NCBI GenBank assembly: GCA_050247355.1
Contig: JBFWUK010000011.1
Coordinates: forward strand, 68,847 to 132,846
Direction of reading: 5' to 3'
Origin: Vicinamibacterales bacterium
GTDB lineage: Bacteria; Acidobacteriota; Vicinamibacteria; Vicinamibacterales; UBA2999
Length of the DNA stretch: 64,000 nt
Part shown: positions 48,401 through 57,843 of the stretch, one piece after another
How positions within the stretch are numbered: the stretch's first letter is position 1
Layout: every line of letters begins with the position of its first letter
Made by a program: the position numbers and the translations under genes
Notes under the pieces: generated by a model
Database searches by the model: none
What the model saw: the letters and a program-made list of their open reading frames with translations, nothing else
Told to the model about the DNA's origin: nothing

Positions 48401-51098
48401 ATCTGCCGATCTGCCCCGCCGCCACCGCCGTCGACGGTCCATGGAACATCGCGTTGAAGATCAGCTTGAACGTCGCGCGCGGCTGCGTGCGGAAGTCCAC
48501 CTGGCTGCCGTAGGTCACCACGTAGCCCCTCCCGATGCGGAACGACAGGATGTTGGCCTGGTCGCGCAGGTACCCTTCGCCCAGCAGCCAGCCGCTCTGC
48601 AATACGTTCTTCGTCGGGTAGCGCGACACCACTTGGGTGTCGATGCCGAAGCCGGGGCGCAGCCGGTAGGCCTGATCCCCTTCGAAGAACACCGGCCACT
48701 CGGACGGCATGCCCCACGCCACCGGGTTGTTCACGTCGAACTCGTTCTGCAGGAGCGAACCCGGGCAGAAGAACAGCGACTCCGGATCGGCCACGCGATC
48801 GCGCAGCGTCTGCATCAGCCGCGCCGGACTGCTGAACGCATCGCGCAGCGTGGCATCGGCCGACGCCGCCGTGCCTGCGGCCGGCGTGGCCTGCGGACCG
48901 AACCGCGGCCGGCCTTCCGGCAACGCCTTCTCGATCGGCAGATCCAGCAGCTCGCGCGCGGTTTCAACGGCGGTGCCAATCGCCAGCAGCGTGCCGCCGT
49001 TCTCGACAAACGTCTTCAGCTTCTTCCAGCCCTCGTCGCCCACACCGAACGCCCACGACCACTCTGCCGGATCGTTCCGCTTCGGATCCAGGCCGCTGAC
49101 GATGCGCGCCTTGGAGGTGCCACTGGGCAGCAGAATGACGTCGTACTTGGCATTGAGATCGCCGGCGAAGTCTTGTGACTTCACGATCTCGTGGTTGATG
49201 CCGTACTGCTCGAGCATCCACAGCAGCCAGCCTCCGGGCATGTTGTTGGCGCCCTTCCACAGCCCGACCTTGGTCGCGGGCTTCAGCCGGAAGCCGTCGA
49301 CGGCAGGCACGCGATCGACGCCGGTCACGGCCGCGCCCATCTCCTTCGCGGCCTTCTCGATAATCGGCTGCGCCGCCGCCGATGGCGGAATCACCCAGGT
49401 GCCGGCCGGATGGTTATCGAACGCCTTGGCCGCCCGGTAGATCGGCACCTTGGCCTTCTGCAGTTCGGTCACCGTCTTGAAGAAGCCGTAGGAACCCGGA
49501 TCGACCAGGTAGGCCCCCTTCGGCCGCGCCGCCACCATCGTCGGTCTCGGCGCGACCTTCTTCACCATTTCGAGCGGCGCCTCGAAAGGCTGTTCGACGA
49601 CATCAACCGTCACGCCCATCAGCATCCACAGCGTGTGGCCGGTCACGTCGTAGGGCCGCTGCGGCGGTCCGCCCGGGAACAGGCGCAGGTCCGGGTAGAC
49701 CTGCTTCTCCAGCATGGTCTTGGCGAAGGCGCCGTACGGCTGCGCCGTCTTCACGACATACGAGCCAGCGGCGTACTGCTTGCCGTTGGCGGTAAAAGGC
49801 GCGGCGGCGCGGTGAATCTCGACGTCACCGAACTCGAGGATCTCGAGCATCTCGTAGGTGGCGAACTGGTCTCGCTGCGCCGCCGGCACCACGAACGCGT
49901 ATGGCCCCTTGTCGTAATTCACCCAGTCCTTGTGGACCGTGTAGAAGTTGTAGAGCCACTCGCGGCCGTACTTCGCCACGTGCGACATGCCGGCGATGGC
50001 CGCGGTGATGCCGTACTCCATCTGCTGGCCGAGGGTCCAGGTGTCCTTCGAGTACGGCACCGGGAAGTTGCCGCGCGCTTCCTGCGGCCCGAGGGGACGG
50101 CCCTTCTGCGGGTTGACGAACGGATCGGCCAGGTTGCCGCCGCTGCTGGCGATCTCGGTCAGGATGCGCGGCTGGCCGTGGTAAATCATGTACTGCCGGG
50201 CCGGCGACCACATGTCGTAGCTCTCGTTCCACGCCACGCCCTCTTTACCCTCACCCAGCAGTGCCGACGCCATCGCCTGGCCCACGGTCGCCTGGCCCAG
50301 CGCCAGCAGCGGGTGGATGTTGCGGTCGAACGGATCGGTGAAGGGCGGCACGAAGATGCGCGAGCCCTGCGGCCCCTGCTGGTGCATGTCGTGCGAGATG
50401 ATCGGCTTGTACTTGTTCTGCACCAGCTCGATGTTCATCCGCGTTTCCTTCTGCGTGAACATGAACCAGTCGCGGTTGTCGTCGTGGCCGACGTACTTGT
50501 GGTACAGGTCCGGATACACGCGATTGAACGGCGTGCCCTTGGTCTTGTACCAGTGATCGATCACCAGGTGCTGGCCGTCGGGATTCTGCGACGGCACCAT
50601 CAGCACCACCGAGTTGTCGAGGATTTCGCGAATCTGCGGCGAGTTCTCGGTGGCCAGCCGATGCACGATGTGGATGATCGCCTGGCCGTTCGAGACCTCC
50701 GTGGAATGGATGGTGGCGTAAAGGAAGTAGAACGGCTTGCCTTCGGCCGCCAGCGCGCGGGCCTCGCTGTCAGAGAGGCCGCGGGGATCGGCCAGCCGGT
50801 TGTTGATCTCGACCAGGCGGTCGAACTTCGCCAGGTTCTGCGGCGAGCTGATCCGCAGCAGCGGATAGCTGTTCCCCATTGTCGTCTTGCCCAGCTCCTC
50901 GTACTTCACGCGATCGGTCTGCTTCGCGATCAGCTGGAAGTACTCGAGGATCTTCGGATAGCGGGCCAGCTCGCCGTCGGCGCCGATCTTGAAGCCGAAG
51001 AACTGGTCGGGAGCTGGGACACCCTGCTGCGCGGCAACGCGGCCGTCGGACAGCGACACCAGGGCGAGCAGAGACAGGGCGGTGAGGAGCGTTCGCAT
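48399..51098 (-). CDS. M14 zinc carboxypeptidase family protein
   Basis: IHSTE, NPDG, DDNRDWF, HDMHQ, ILTE; signal peptide. Confidence 0.9.
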   Translation of the reverse strand: MRTLLTALSLLALVSLSDGRVAAQQGVPAPDQFFGFKIGADGELARYPKILEYFQLIAKQTDRVKYEELGKTTMGNSYPLLRISSPQNLAKFDRLVEINNRLADPRGLSDSEARALAAEGKPFYFLYATIHSTEVSNGQAIIHIVHRLATENSPQIREILDNSVVLMVPSQNPDGQHLVIDHWYKTKGTPFNRVYPDLYHKYVGHDDNRDWFMFTQKETRMNIELVQNKYKPIISHDMHQQGPQGSRIFVPPFTDPFDRNIHPLLALGQATVGQAMASALLGEGKEGVAWNESYDMWSPARQYMIYHGQPRILTEIASSGGNLADPFVNPQKGRPLGPQEARGNFPVPYSKDTWTLGQQMEYGITAAIAGMSHVAKYGREWLYNFYTVHKDWVNYDKGPYAFVVPAAQRDQFATYEMLEILEFGDVEIHRAAAPFTANGKQYAAGSYVVKTAQPYGAFAKTMLEKQVYPDLRLFPGGPPQRPYDVTGHTLWMLMGVTVDVVEQPFEAPLEMVKKVAPRPTMVAARPKGAYLVDPGSYGFFKTVTELQKAKVPIYRAAKAFDNHPAGTWVIPPSAAAQPIIEKAAKEMGAAVTGVDRVPAVDGFRLKPATKVGLWKGANNMPGGWLLWMLEQYGINHEIVKSQDFAGDLNAKYDVILLPSGTSKARIVSGLDPKRNDPAEWSWAFGVGDEGWKKLKTFVENGGTLLAIGTAVETARELLDLPIEKALPEGRPRFGPQATPAAGTAASADATLRDAFSSPARLMQTLRDRVADPESLFFCPGSLLQNEFDVNNPVAWGMPSEWPVFFEGDQAYRLRPGFGIDTQVVSRYPTKNVLQSGWLLGEGYLRDQANILSFRIGRGYVVTYGSQVDFRTQPRATFKLIFNAMFHGPSTAVAAGQIGR

Positions 51099-51131
51099 TC
51101 GGGGATTCTACCCCCGTAATGGGGCGGCATT

Positions 51132-51164
51132 GGGGCGGCACTAAAGTGCCGCCCCTTCTGGCAC
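51132..51164 (-). repeat. REP-like hairpin of the same family as 43264-43293
   Basis: Reverse complement reads GTGCCAGAA-GGGGCGGCAC-TTTA-GTGCCGCCCC. Confidence 0.75.
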
Positions 51165-51170
51165 GGATTG

Positions 51171-52472
51171 TCAGCCGCGCTTGCGCCAGCGCGGTCCGTG
51201 AATCGCCAGGTCGACCGCATCACCCGGGGTCTGGACCGAAAGGCCATCGGCCCGGGCGTCGCGAATGAACTTGGCGTCGACCCGGTGAATCCTCATGCGG
51301 ACGAGCTGGTCTTCCGACACGGTAACGAAGCCGACGTCGCGCATGGCCTTGATGTAATCGGGTGTCACGCGGTGGATGCGGAACTTCACGAGCTGGGCGA
51401 TGCTCATGCCGCCGAAGCCGAGCGCCTTCAACTGGTCCATCTCTTCCGGCTTCACGCCGTGGATCCGCATCTTGACCAGGTCTTCGGCGGCCACGTCCTT
51501 GTAGCCGCGCGAGTTGAGCGCGGCGATGAAGTCGCCCGTGACCCGGTGGATCCGGAACTTGACCATCTGGTCGATGCTCATCGAGGCAAAGCCGGCGCTC
51601 TTCAACCGATCGATCTCCTCGGGCGTCACATTGTGAACTCGCATCTTGATCAGGTCTTCCGCCGGCACGTTGCGGTAGCCGCGCGATTCAAGGGCGCGGA
51701 CGAACTCAGGCGTCACGCGGTGAATGCGGAACTTGATCAGCTCCTCGACCGACTGGCCGCGAAAGCCGGCGGCCTGCAGGGCCTTGATGTTGGCGGGCGT
51801 GGCGCCGTGAATGCCCATGCGGACGAGGTCGTCCACGTTGATGCCCTTGTAACCAACCGCCGCGAGGTCGCGCACGAACTCCGGCGTCACGCGGTGGATG
51901 CGCGTGCGAACGATGTCGTCCAGCGACAGGTTGGCATAGCCGGCCTGGGCCAGGCCGCGGACATGCGCAACCGTCACGCCAATCACCGCGAGCCGGACGA
52001 TGTTGTCGGTGGAGAGGGAGCGGTAGCCGGCGGCCCCCATGTTGGTGATGAAGGCCTGGTCGGCCGTGAAGGCGTAGGTGCCGTTGCCGCGGCCCTGGTC
52101 GAACGAACCGGTGAACCGGAACGTCCCGGCCTCGCGCGTCCAACTGAACTGGACGTCGTTGGCGGTGCTGGCCAACGCCGATGCCGGAAGCCCGACCAGG
52201 TCGCGCAGCTTGACGCCGAACCCCCAGCGATTATCGCCGGCGTTGCCACGCAGATTGATCTGCACGCGCGGCTCCCCGTCATCGTCCCGCCACGTGTTGC
52301 GGGAATCGGCGGTCCAATCACCCGACACAGATGCGGTCTGGAGTTCCCGGGCCGCAGACCTGTCCGCCGTAGCGCGAAGCGCGAAGGTGGATGGCGCAGA
52401 GGCCAACGGGGCCGCAGATGACGCAGATGACGCAGAAAGAATGACCAGGGCTAGGGCGGCAAGTCGTCGCAT
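51171..52472 (-). CDS. Secreted protein with about 10 tandem 29-aa (R/K)xxIHxVTP repeats
   Basis: Signal peptide; IH motifs spaced 87 nt apart. Confidence 0.8.
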   Translation of the reverse strand: MRRLAALALVILSASSASSAAPLASAPSTFALRATADRSAARELQTASVSGDWTADSRNTWRDDDGEPRVQINLRGNAGDNRWGFGVKLRDLVGLPASALASTANDVQFSWTREAGTFRFTGSFDQGRGNGTYAFTADQAFITNMGAAGYRSLSTDNIVRLAVIGVTVAHVRGLAQAGYANLSLDDIVRTRIHRVTPEFVRDLAAVGYKGINVDDLVRMGIHGATPANIKALQAAGFRGQSVEELIKFRIHRVTPEFVRALESRGYRNVPAEDLIKMRVHNVTPEEIDRLKSAGFASMSIDQMVKFRIHRVTGDFIAALNSRGYKDVAAEDLVKMRIHGVKPEEMDQLKALGFGGMSIAQLVKFRIHRVTPDYIKAMRDVGFVTVSEDQLVRMRIHRVDAKFIRDARADGLSVQTPGDAVDLAIHGPRWRKRG

Positions 52473-52551
52473 CGCAGTGACCTCGAACCATTTGATGGAT
52501 CGAGGTCACCGGAAGGTTGTCGTCCGCAATCCGCCAAAGGCTTTGGCGGGA

Positions 52552-53382
52552 CTATCGCAGAATTTCCTCGAAAAACTTCAACGCGCGGGGGTCTTTCGAT
52601 TGGCCGAGCCAGAACATGGCCTGCTTGCGCACGGCCGGGTTCTTGTTGGTCCGGGCCTGCTGGATGAGCAGGGGCACGCCTTCGGCCTTCGGCAGCTGGC
52701 TGAGCGCGAACACGGCCTTCTTCTTTACCTCGGTGTCGGGGTCGTTCTCGATCGCGGCGGTGATGGTGCCGACCGCCTTCTGGCCCGCCCGCTGTGCCAG
52801 CCAGAACAGGGCGTTGCCGCGGACGCTGGTGGTGGCGCCGTTGTTGGCCAGGCCGATCAGCTCGTCGAGCGGCTGCTGGCCGTCGGTCAGCGCCAGGACG
52901 GTCACCGCCGAGTCGTTCAGCCGGCGTGTCGAGTTGGCGCCCATGAACGTCTTCATGAAGGCGACGCTGTCGCCCACCGGCACGTTGTTGAACCAGTGCA
53001 CCGGCTTGCCGCCGGCATCGAGCGGGCAGTTGTCCGAGTAGGTCCGGATGCGCGTGATCTGCTTGTTCTCGACGCGGAACATGACGAAGAAGAAGTCCGC
53101 GGGCTCCAGCCGGATCGGGTCGGTCGACTGCGAGTAGCGATTGCCGTTGTTCCAGTAATCGCACATCTCGTGCTCACCGTCGATGAGCGGCTGGGTGTAG
53201 CCGATCCAGGTCGGCTCGGTGAGCGTGGCGGCTAGGGCCTGGAGGTCCTTGCCGACGTTGGTGGTGGCGTGCGGTTCGAGACGCCCGTTCGAGAGCCGGG
53301 GTGTCTGGGCGGCGGCGGCCGCCGTCAGGAGGACCATCATGCAGGCAACCCTAAAGGGTTGCCTCCACCAGAAGGCTCTCAT
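52552..53382 (-). CDS. Exported HEAT-repeat protein
   Basis: VRGNALFWLAQ, VKKKAVFALSQ, VRKQAMFWLGQ. ATGA overlap with the upstream gene. Confidence 0.85.
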   Translation of the reverse strand: MRAFWWRQPFRVACMMVLLTAAAAAQTPRLSNGRLEPHATTNVGKDLQALAATLTEPTWIGYTQPLIDGEHEMCDYWNNGNRYSQSTDPIRLEPADFFFVMFRVENKQITRIRTYSDNCPLDAGGKPVHWFNNVPVGDSVAFMKTFMGANSTRRLNDSAVTVLALTDGQQPLDELIGLANNGATTSVRGNALFWLAQRAGQKAVGTITAAIENDPDTEVKKKAVFALSQLPKAEGVPLLIQQARTNKNPAVRKQAMFWLGQSKDPRALKFFEEILR

Positions 53383-54917
53383 TTGTTCAGGATCTCCATC
53401 AGGTAGTCCATGGCGACCTTCGACTTGGTCATCAGCGACAGCTTCTGCACCATCTCGCGCTTCATGGCGGGATCGGTTTCCTTGCGGGCGATGGCCACCA
53501 GCGAATCGGCGTTGTTCTGCACGAACAGCGCGTTGATCACCTGGCGCTTGATGTCGGCCTCCTTCTCCTTGGCGTAGATGCCGACCAGCGCGTCGCCGGT
53601 CTTGGTGCGGCCCATGGTGCCCAGGTGACGCACGGCGGTGCGGCGGAGATCGGCGTTCTGTTCGCTGTTGGCGACCTCGATCAGGCGGGTGGCGTCGCCG
53701 CCGACGAACAGCGACTGCAGGATCTGCCGCTTGACGTCGACGGTGCCTTCCTTCTGGTACATCTGCCACAGCTCTTCACGGGCACCCATCACGCCGAGCT
53801 GGCGCACGGCTTCCTGTCGCAGTTCGGGCGTCTTCTCGGTGTTGGCCGCGGCCAGCACGCGTTCCTTGTCGCCGGCCACCATGAACGAGCGCAGGATCTG
53901 GCGCTTGATGTCGACGTCGTTCGAGCCGGCGTAGATCTCGGCCAGCACCGCGCGGTTCTGCGCCGAGCCATGCACGCCGAGGTACTGGATGGCGCGGCGC
54001 TGCACGTCGGGATTGGAGCCGCCGCGGGCGACCGTGGCCAGCACCGTGCGGGCGCGGGTCGAGTTGCTTTGCGCCAGCACGAACAGCGCGCGCGCCTTCA
54101 ACTGCGGCGAGGCGGTGCCCTGCAGCAGCTTCTCGAGCATCGGCACGGCCTGTTCGGGATCGGAATGCTGCAGCCCCTGGATGGCGAGCAGCTTCAGCTC
54201 TTCATCCGACTCGGCCTCGGGGCGCGGCGCCTGGCCGGCGTTCTGGCGCACCTGCAACTCGAGGGCTTTGGCATCGGCAATCCAGCGGCTCTGCGGATAG
54301 GCGCTGACCATCTGGCCGAGCGCGGCGAGGGCGTCGGCCTGCTGGTTGAGTTTGTCGAGCGCATAGGCCTTCCAGTAGAGCGCCGCGTCGATGCGGCTCG
54401 AGTTCTTGGAGTCGATGACCGAGGTGAACTGGTCAACGGCACGCGCCCACTGGCGGCGTTCGAGGGAGTCCTGGCCGCGCTGGTAGGTCTCGTCGGCGCG
54501 CTGGCGGCGCTCGGTTTCCCGCTGCTTGGCCTCGTCTGCGCGCCGCCGGGCTTCGTCCTCGCTCGAGCGCTGGCCGTCGAACCGGTAGATGCCGGGCGAC
54601 AGCACCGCGCCGGCGTCGAGCAACGCCAGATCGGCGAGGCGCGAGGCATCGATCATCGCCGGCAACTCGGCGAGATGCGAGAGATCGACAAGCCGCGGCA
54701 GGTCGGCCAGCTGTGGCAGCATCGACAGGTCCGGCATGGGGGGTATGACCGGCAGTGGCGGGATCACCGGCATCGCCGGCATGACCGGCAGCGGCGGTAT
54801 GACCGGCGTCGCCGGCATGGCCGGAAGCGCGGGAACAACCTGAGCGGAGGCCAACGCCGGCATGGCCAGCGCGCCGCACATCACCGCAATCCGACAGGTC
54901 TTGACTACTGCTCTCAT
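53379..54917 (-). CDS. Exported TPR plus HEAT-repeat protein with Pro-rich N-terminus
   Basis: Signal peptide; PVIPPL repeats; AALYWKAYA...YPQSRW (TPR); multiple HEAT repeats. Confidence 0.85.
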   Translation of the reverse strand: MRAVVKTCRIAVMCGALAMPALASAQVVPALPAMPATPVIPPLPVMPAMPVIPPLPVIPPMPDLSMLPQLADLPRLVDLSHLAELPAMIDASRLADLALLDAGAVLSPGIYRFDGQRSSEDEARRRADEAKQRETERRQRADETYQRGQDSLERRQWARAVDQFTSVIDSKNSSRIDAALYWKAYALDKLNQQADALAALGQMVSAYPQSRWIADAKALELQVRQNAGQAPRPEAESDEELKLLAIQGLQHSDPEQAVPMLEKLLQGTASPQLKARALFVLAQSNSTRARTVLATVARGGSNPDVQRRAIQYLGVHGSAQNRAVLAEIYAGSNDVDIKRQILRSFMVAGDKERVLAAANTEKTPELRQEAVRQLGVMGAREELWQMYQKEGTVDVKRQILQSLFVGGDATRLIEVANSEQNADLRRTAVRHLGTMGRTKTGDALVGIYAKEKEADIKRQVINALFVQNNADSLVAIARKETDPAMKREMVQKLSLMTKSKVAMDYLMEILNK

Positions 54918-54991
54918 CGTTCGTTCTCCATCTGAGGCAACGCTTAAGGTTGCCTCCACGTTCTATTTCTTGCGTTCTGTTTCTCGCCGCG

Positions 54992-55801
54992 CTATGAAAT
55001 CGGCTGCGGCAGCCGGCCTTCGACTCCGCTCAGGCCATGGTCGCCAGCCTCGCGACGACCGGGTTGGGTTCGGTTACGCATCTCCGAAGCAATCACGCGC
55101 ACGCGGAACAACAGGTCCTGGGCGGTGATGCGATCTTTCAAGTCAGACAACTCGTTAGACGTGACGTCGGCCGGAGCGTTGGCAATCTCCAGCAGCACAC
55201 GCTCGAGATCCTCGAGCACGTCGACCACGCCGGCGTCGCCCGACTGCGCCGCCGACTGGCGAATCAGGCGATTGATGGCTACCAGGTCCGAGGCACGTTC
55301 CTGCTCGCCGGCAAACATGTCGGCCTGGTCGACGTCGTTGTTGACCAGTTCGGTCAGCATCATCTGCGTGCGATCGAGGTGATCGCCGACGGCGGCGTGC
55401 AGCACGCGAACGGGTGACGCATCGGCGACCACGCCGCTTTCGGGGGCGACGCCGGCCGGCACACCACCGGTGAACCGGCCGGCCATGAACGCCACCAGCA
55501 CCAGCGCGGCAATACCGCCGGCCAGCGCCCACTGCGGGAACCAGAACAGGGCCTTCCAGGTACTCGCCGTATTGGCGTCCAGCTGCGGCTCGAGCCGCGC
55601 CCACACGTCCCGCTCGAAGCCGGGACGCGCCTCCGCCGGCGCCGCCGTCTCGACCAGCATGAGCACGCCGCGCAGCCGGGCATTCGCCGCCTGGCAGCCG
55701 CCACATTCAGCAAGGTGGGTGTCGACGCGCGACTCGTCCGCGCGATCGGTCTCGCCGTAGTAGTGGAGGATCAGTTCTTCTTCCGACAGGTGTTGTGTCA
55801 T
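54992..55801 (-). CDS. zf-HC2 (ZAS) transmembrane anti-sigma factor
   Basis: HLSEEEL...HLAECGGC, followed by a TM helix. Confidence 0.85.
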   Translation of the reverse strand: MTQHLSEEELILHYYGETDRADESRVDTHLAECGGCQAANARLRGVLMLVETAAPAEARPGFERDVWARLEPQLDANTASTWKALFWFPQWALAGGIAALVLVAFMAGRFTGGVPAGVAPESGVVADASPVRVLHAAVGDHLDRTQMMLTELVNNDVDQADMFAGEQERASDLVAINRLIRQSAAQSGDAGVVDVLEDLERVLLEIANAPADVTSNELSDLKDRITAQDLLFRVRVIASEMRNRTQPGRREAGDHGLSGVEGRLPQPIS

Positions 55802-55809
55802 GGTTCCCC

Positions 55810-55832
55810 GGCCCCCATAAAGGGGGCCCTAC
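55810..55832 (-). repeat. GTAG-type REP hairpin
   Basis: Reverse complement reads GTAG-GGCCCCC-TTTAT-GGGGGCC. Confidence 0.7.
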
Positions 55833-55835
55833 GGA

Positions 55836-56405
55836 TTACGCCTGGACGAACGGTTCGAGCGCGTGCCTCATCTTTTTCACCGCGCGAAAAATGCTGTGCT
55901 TGGTCGCGCTGGTCTTCATCCCGAGCTTCTCGCCGACTTCCTCGATCGACATGCCCTCGACGTGACGCAGCGTGAAGGCGGCGCGCTCGAGCGCGGTCAG
56001 CAGGGCCAGCGCCTCGTTCACGCGATCCGAGATCTGCGTGCTGGCGGCCATGCGCTCCGGCGTCGGCTGCGCTTCGGCGCCGCGCTCGCTGAGCGGCCCC
56101 TGTTCGAGATCGGCCGGGTCGTGCGCGTCTTCACGGTGCCGCCGGCCGCGTATCAGGTCGATCGAGCAGTTCACGGTGATCCTGTGCAGCCAGGTGCGGA
56201 AGTCAGCCCGGGCCTCGAATCGGCTCAATTGCTTGTGGGCCTTGAGCCACGCCTCCTGCACCACGTCCTCCGCATCCTGCGCGTTGCCGGTCATCCGGTG
56301 CGCCAGCGAGAAAACGTAGCGGGAATGGCGATCGACGAGCGCTCGAAACGCCTCGCGGTCGCCGTCGCGGGCCTTGGCGACCACTGCCGCGTCGCGTTCA
56401 TCCAT
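55836..56405 (-). CDS. ECF RNA polymerase sigma factor
   Basis: GDREAF..LV, DAEDVVQEAW, FRTWLHRITVN, FTLRHVEGMS.EE; GGAGG RBS. Confidence 0.93.
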   Translation of the reverse strand: MDERDAAVVAKARDGDREAFRALVDRHSRYVFSLAHRMTGNAQDAEDVVQEAWLKAHKQLSRFEARADFRTWLHRITVNCSIDLIRGRRHREDAHDPADLEQGPLSERGAEAQPTPERMAASTQISDRVNEALALLTALERAAFTLRHVEGMSIEEVGEKLGMKTSATKHSIFRAVKKMRHALEPFVQA

Positions 56406-56417
56406 CCCTCCTACTTC

Positions 56418-56441
56418 GACGGGGTCCGGGCGAAACGGTTG
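56418..56441 (-). promoter_or_regulatory. Putative ECF autoregulatory promoter
   Basis: CAACC-N15-CGTC just upstream of the sigma gene RBS. Confidence 0.45.
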
Positions 56442-56578
56442 GCTCCTCAAAAGGGGGGCTCAGGTGCTGCGGTGCTTGGGTGCTGCGGTGCTTAAGTGCT
56501 TCGTGTAGCGAGTCTTAACCGTTTAGAATCAATGCTTTACGCTTGCGAAAACGGTCGGGTTGGCCGCATTATTCTGCC

Positions 56579-57079
56579 ATGGACCCACGATTTCCGACCG
56601 GCAAGTTTGTCTTCAACCCCCACCCGACCCCCGAAACCCGCAAGCAGAACATCGCCGCCATCGGCAGCCTCCCTGGCGAGCTCAAGGCTGCGCTGGCGAC
56701 CGCCCGCGTCGACCAACCCTACCGCGAAGGCGGCTGGACCGCCCGCCAGGTGGTGCATCACGTAGCCGACAGCCACATGAACGCGTTTGTCCGCTTCCGG
56801 CTGGCGCTGACCGAGGACAAACCCAGCATCAAGCCCTACAACGAGGCGGAGTGGGCCAAGCTCGCCGACTCGCTCACCGAGGATCCCGCGCTCTCGGTCC
56901 AGATCCTGGAGGGCCTGCATCACCGCTGGCACCGCATGCTCGAGTCGCTGGCCGACGCCGATTTCGCCCGTGAGGCGATTCACCCCGAACACGGTCCGCG
57001 CACGCTCGACTGGTTCCTGCAGTTGTATGCTTGGCACGGCCGACACCATGTCGCGCACTTGAAGCTCACGGCTCCCTGA
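56579..57079 (+). CDS. YfiT/BstA (DinB superfamily) thiol transferase
   Basis: PYREGGWTARQVVHHVADSHMNA..RF.LALTE, YAWHGRHHVAH. Confidence 0.9.
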   Translation: MDPRFPTGKFVFNPHPTPETRKQNIAAIGSLPGELKAALATARVDQPYREGGWTARQVVHHVADSHMNAFVRFRLALTEDKPSIKPYNEAEWAKLADSLTEDPALSVQILEGLHHRWHRMLESLADADFAREAIHPEHGPRTLDWFLQLYAWHGRHHVAHLKLTAP

Positions 57080-57264
57080 CGGGAGGGCACGGACAGCTCC
57101 CGCCGGGAGGGCACTTCTTGTCGGGAGGGCACTTCTTGTCGGGAGGGCACTTCTTGTCGGGAGGGCACTACTTGTCGGGAGGGCACTACTTGTCGGGAGG
57201 GCACTACTTGTCGGGACAGTCCCGACAGGAATCAACCACCTCCCGACAGAGTTCAACTCCCGAC
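57080..57264. repeat. 18-bp tandem array (CGGGAGGGCACT[T/A]CTTGT x6) with inverted TCCCGAC arm
   Basis: Units at 57104, 57122, 57140, 57158, 57176 and 57194; inverted cores at 57220, 57241 and 57258. Confidence 0.9.
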
Positions 57265-57301
57265 GTGGCACTGAGACACTCGCGGCAGCGAAGGAGCTAG
57301 C

Positions 57302-57652
57302 ATGCTGAGCGAATTTAGGGAATTCATCGCCAAGGGCAACGTCATGGATCTCGCCGTCGGCGTGATCATCGGCGCCGCCTTCCAGAAGATCGTCGACTCG
57401 CTGGTCAACGACCTGGTCATGCCAATCGTCGGTTTCGCGCTGGGTGGCACCGACTTCAGCAACATGTTCCTGGTGTTGACGCAGGGCGCCGAGGTGGCGG
57501 GGCCCTATGCCTCGCTGGCCGACGCGCGGACGGCCGGCGCCGCCGTGTTCGCTTACGGCTCGTTCATCACCCAGGTGGTGCAGTTCCTCATCCTGGCGTG
57601 GATCGTCTTCCTGATGGTCAAGGCCGTTAACAGGGTGCGGCGAACCGCTTAG
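57302..57652 (+). CDS. mscL: Large-conductance mechanosensitive channel
   Basis: [36 protein letters not shown]; short C-terminus. Confidence 0.96.
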   Translation: MLSEFREFIAKGNVMDLAVGVIIGAAFQKIVDSLVNDLVMPIVGFALGGTDFSNMFLVLTQGAEVAGPYASLADARTAGAAVFAYGSFITQVVQFLILAWIVFLMVKAVNRVRRTA

Positions 57653-57659
57653 CCGCACC

Positions 57660-57826
57660 TGACGGGGTGGCACTGCTTGACGGGGAGGCACTGCTTGACG
57701 GGGAGGCACCGCTTGACGGGGAGGCACCGCTTGACGGGGCCGCACCGCTTGACGGGCTGGATTCCCCGTCCATGATCACTCCCCCGTCAAGAAGTGAAGC
57801 CCCGACAGGCGGTGCAACCCCGGCAG
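57660..57826. repeat. 18-bp tandem array (TGACGGGGAGGCAC[T/C]GCT) with degenerate inverted arm
   Basis: Units at 57660, 57678, 57696, 57714, 57732 and 57750; CCCCGTC-like cores at 57764, 57782, 57800 and 57818. Confidence 0.9.
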
Positions 57827-57843
57827 CGCAGTACAATTGTTTC

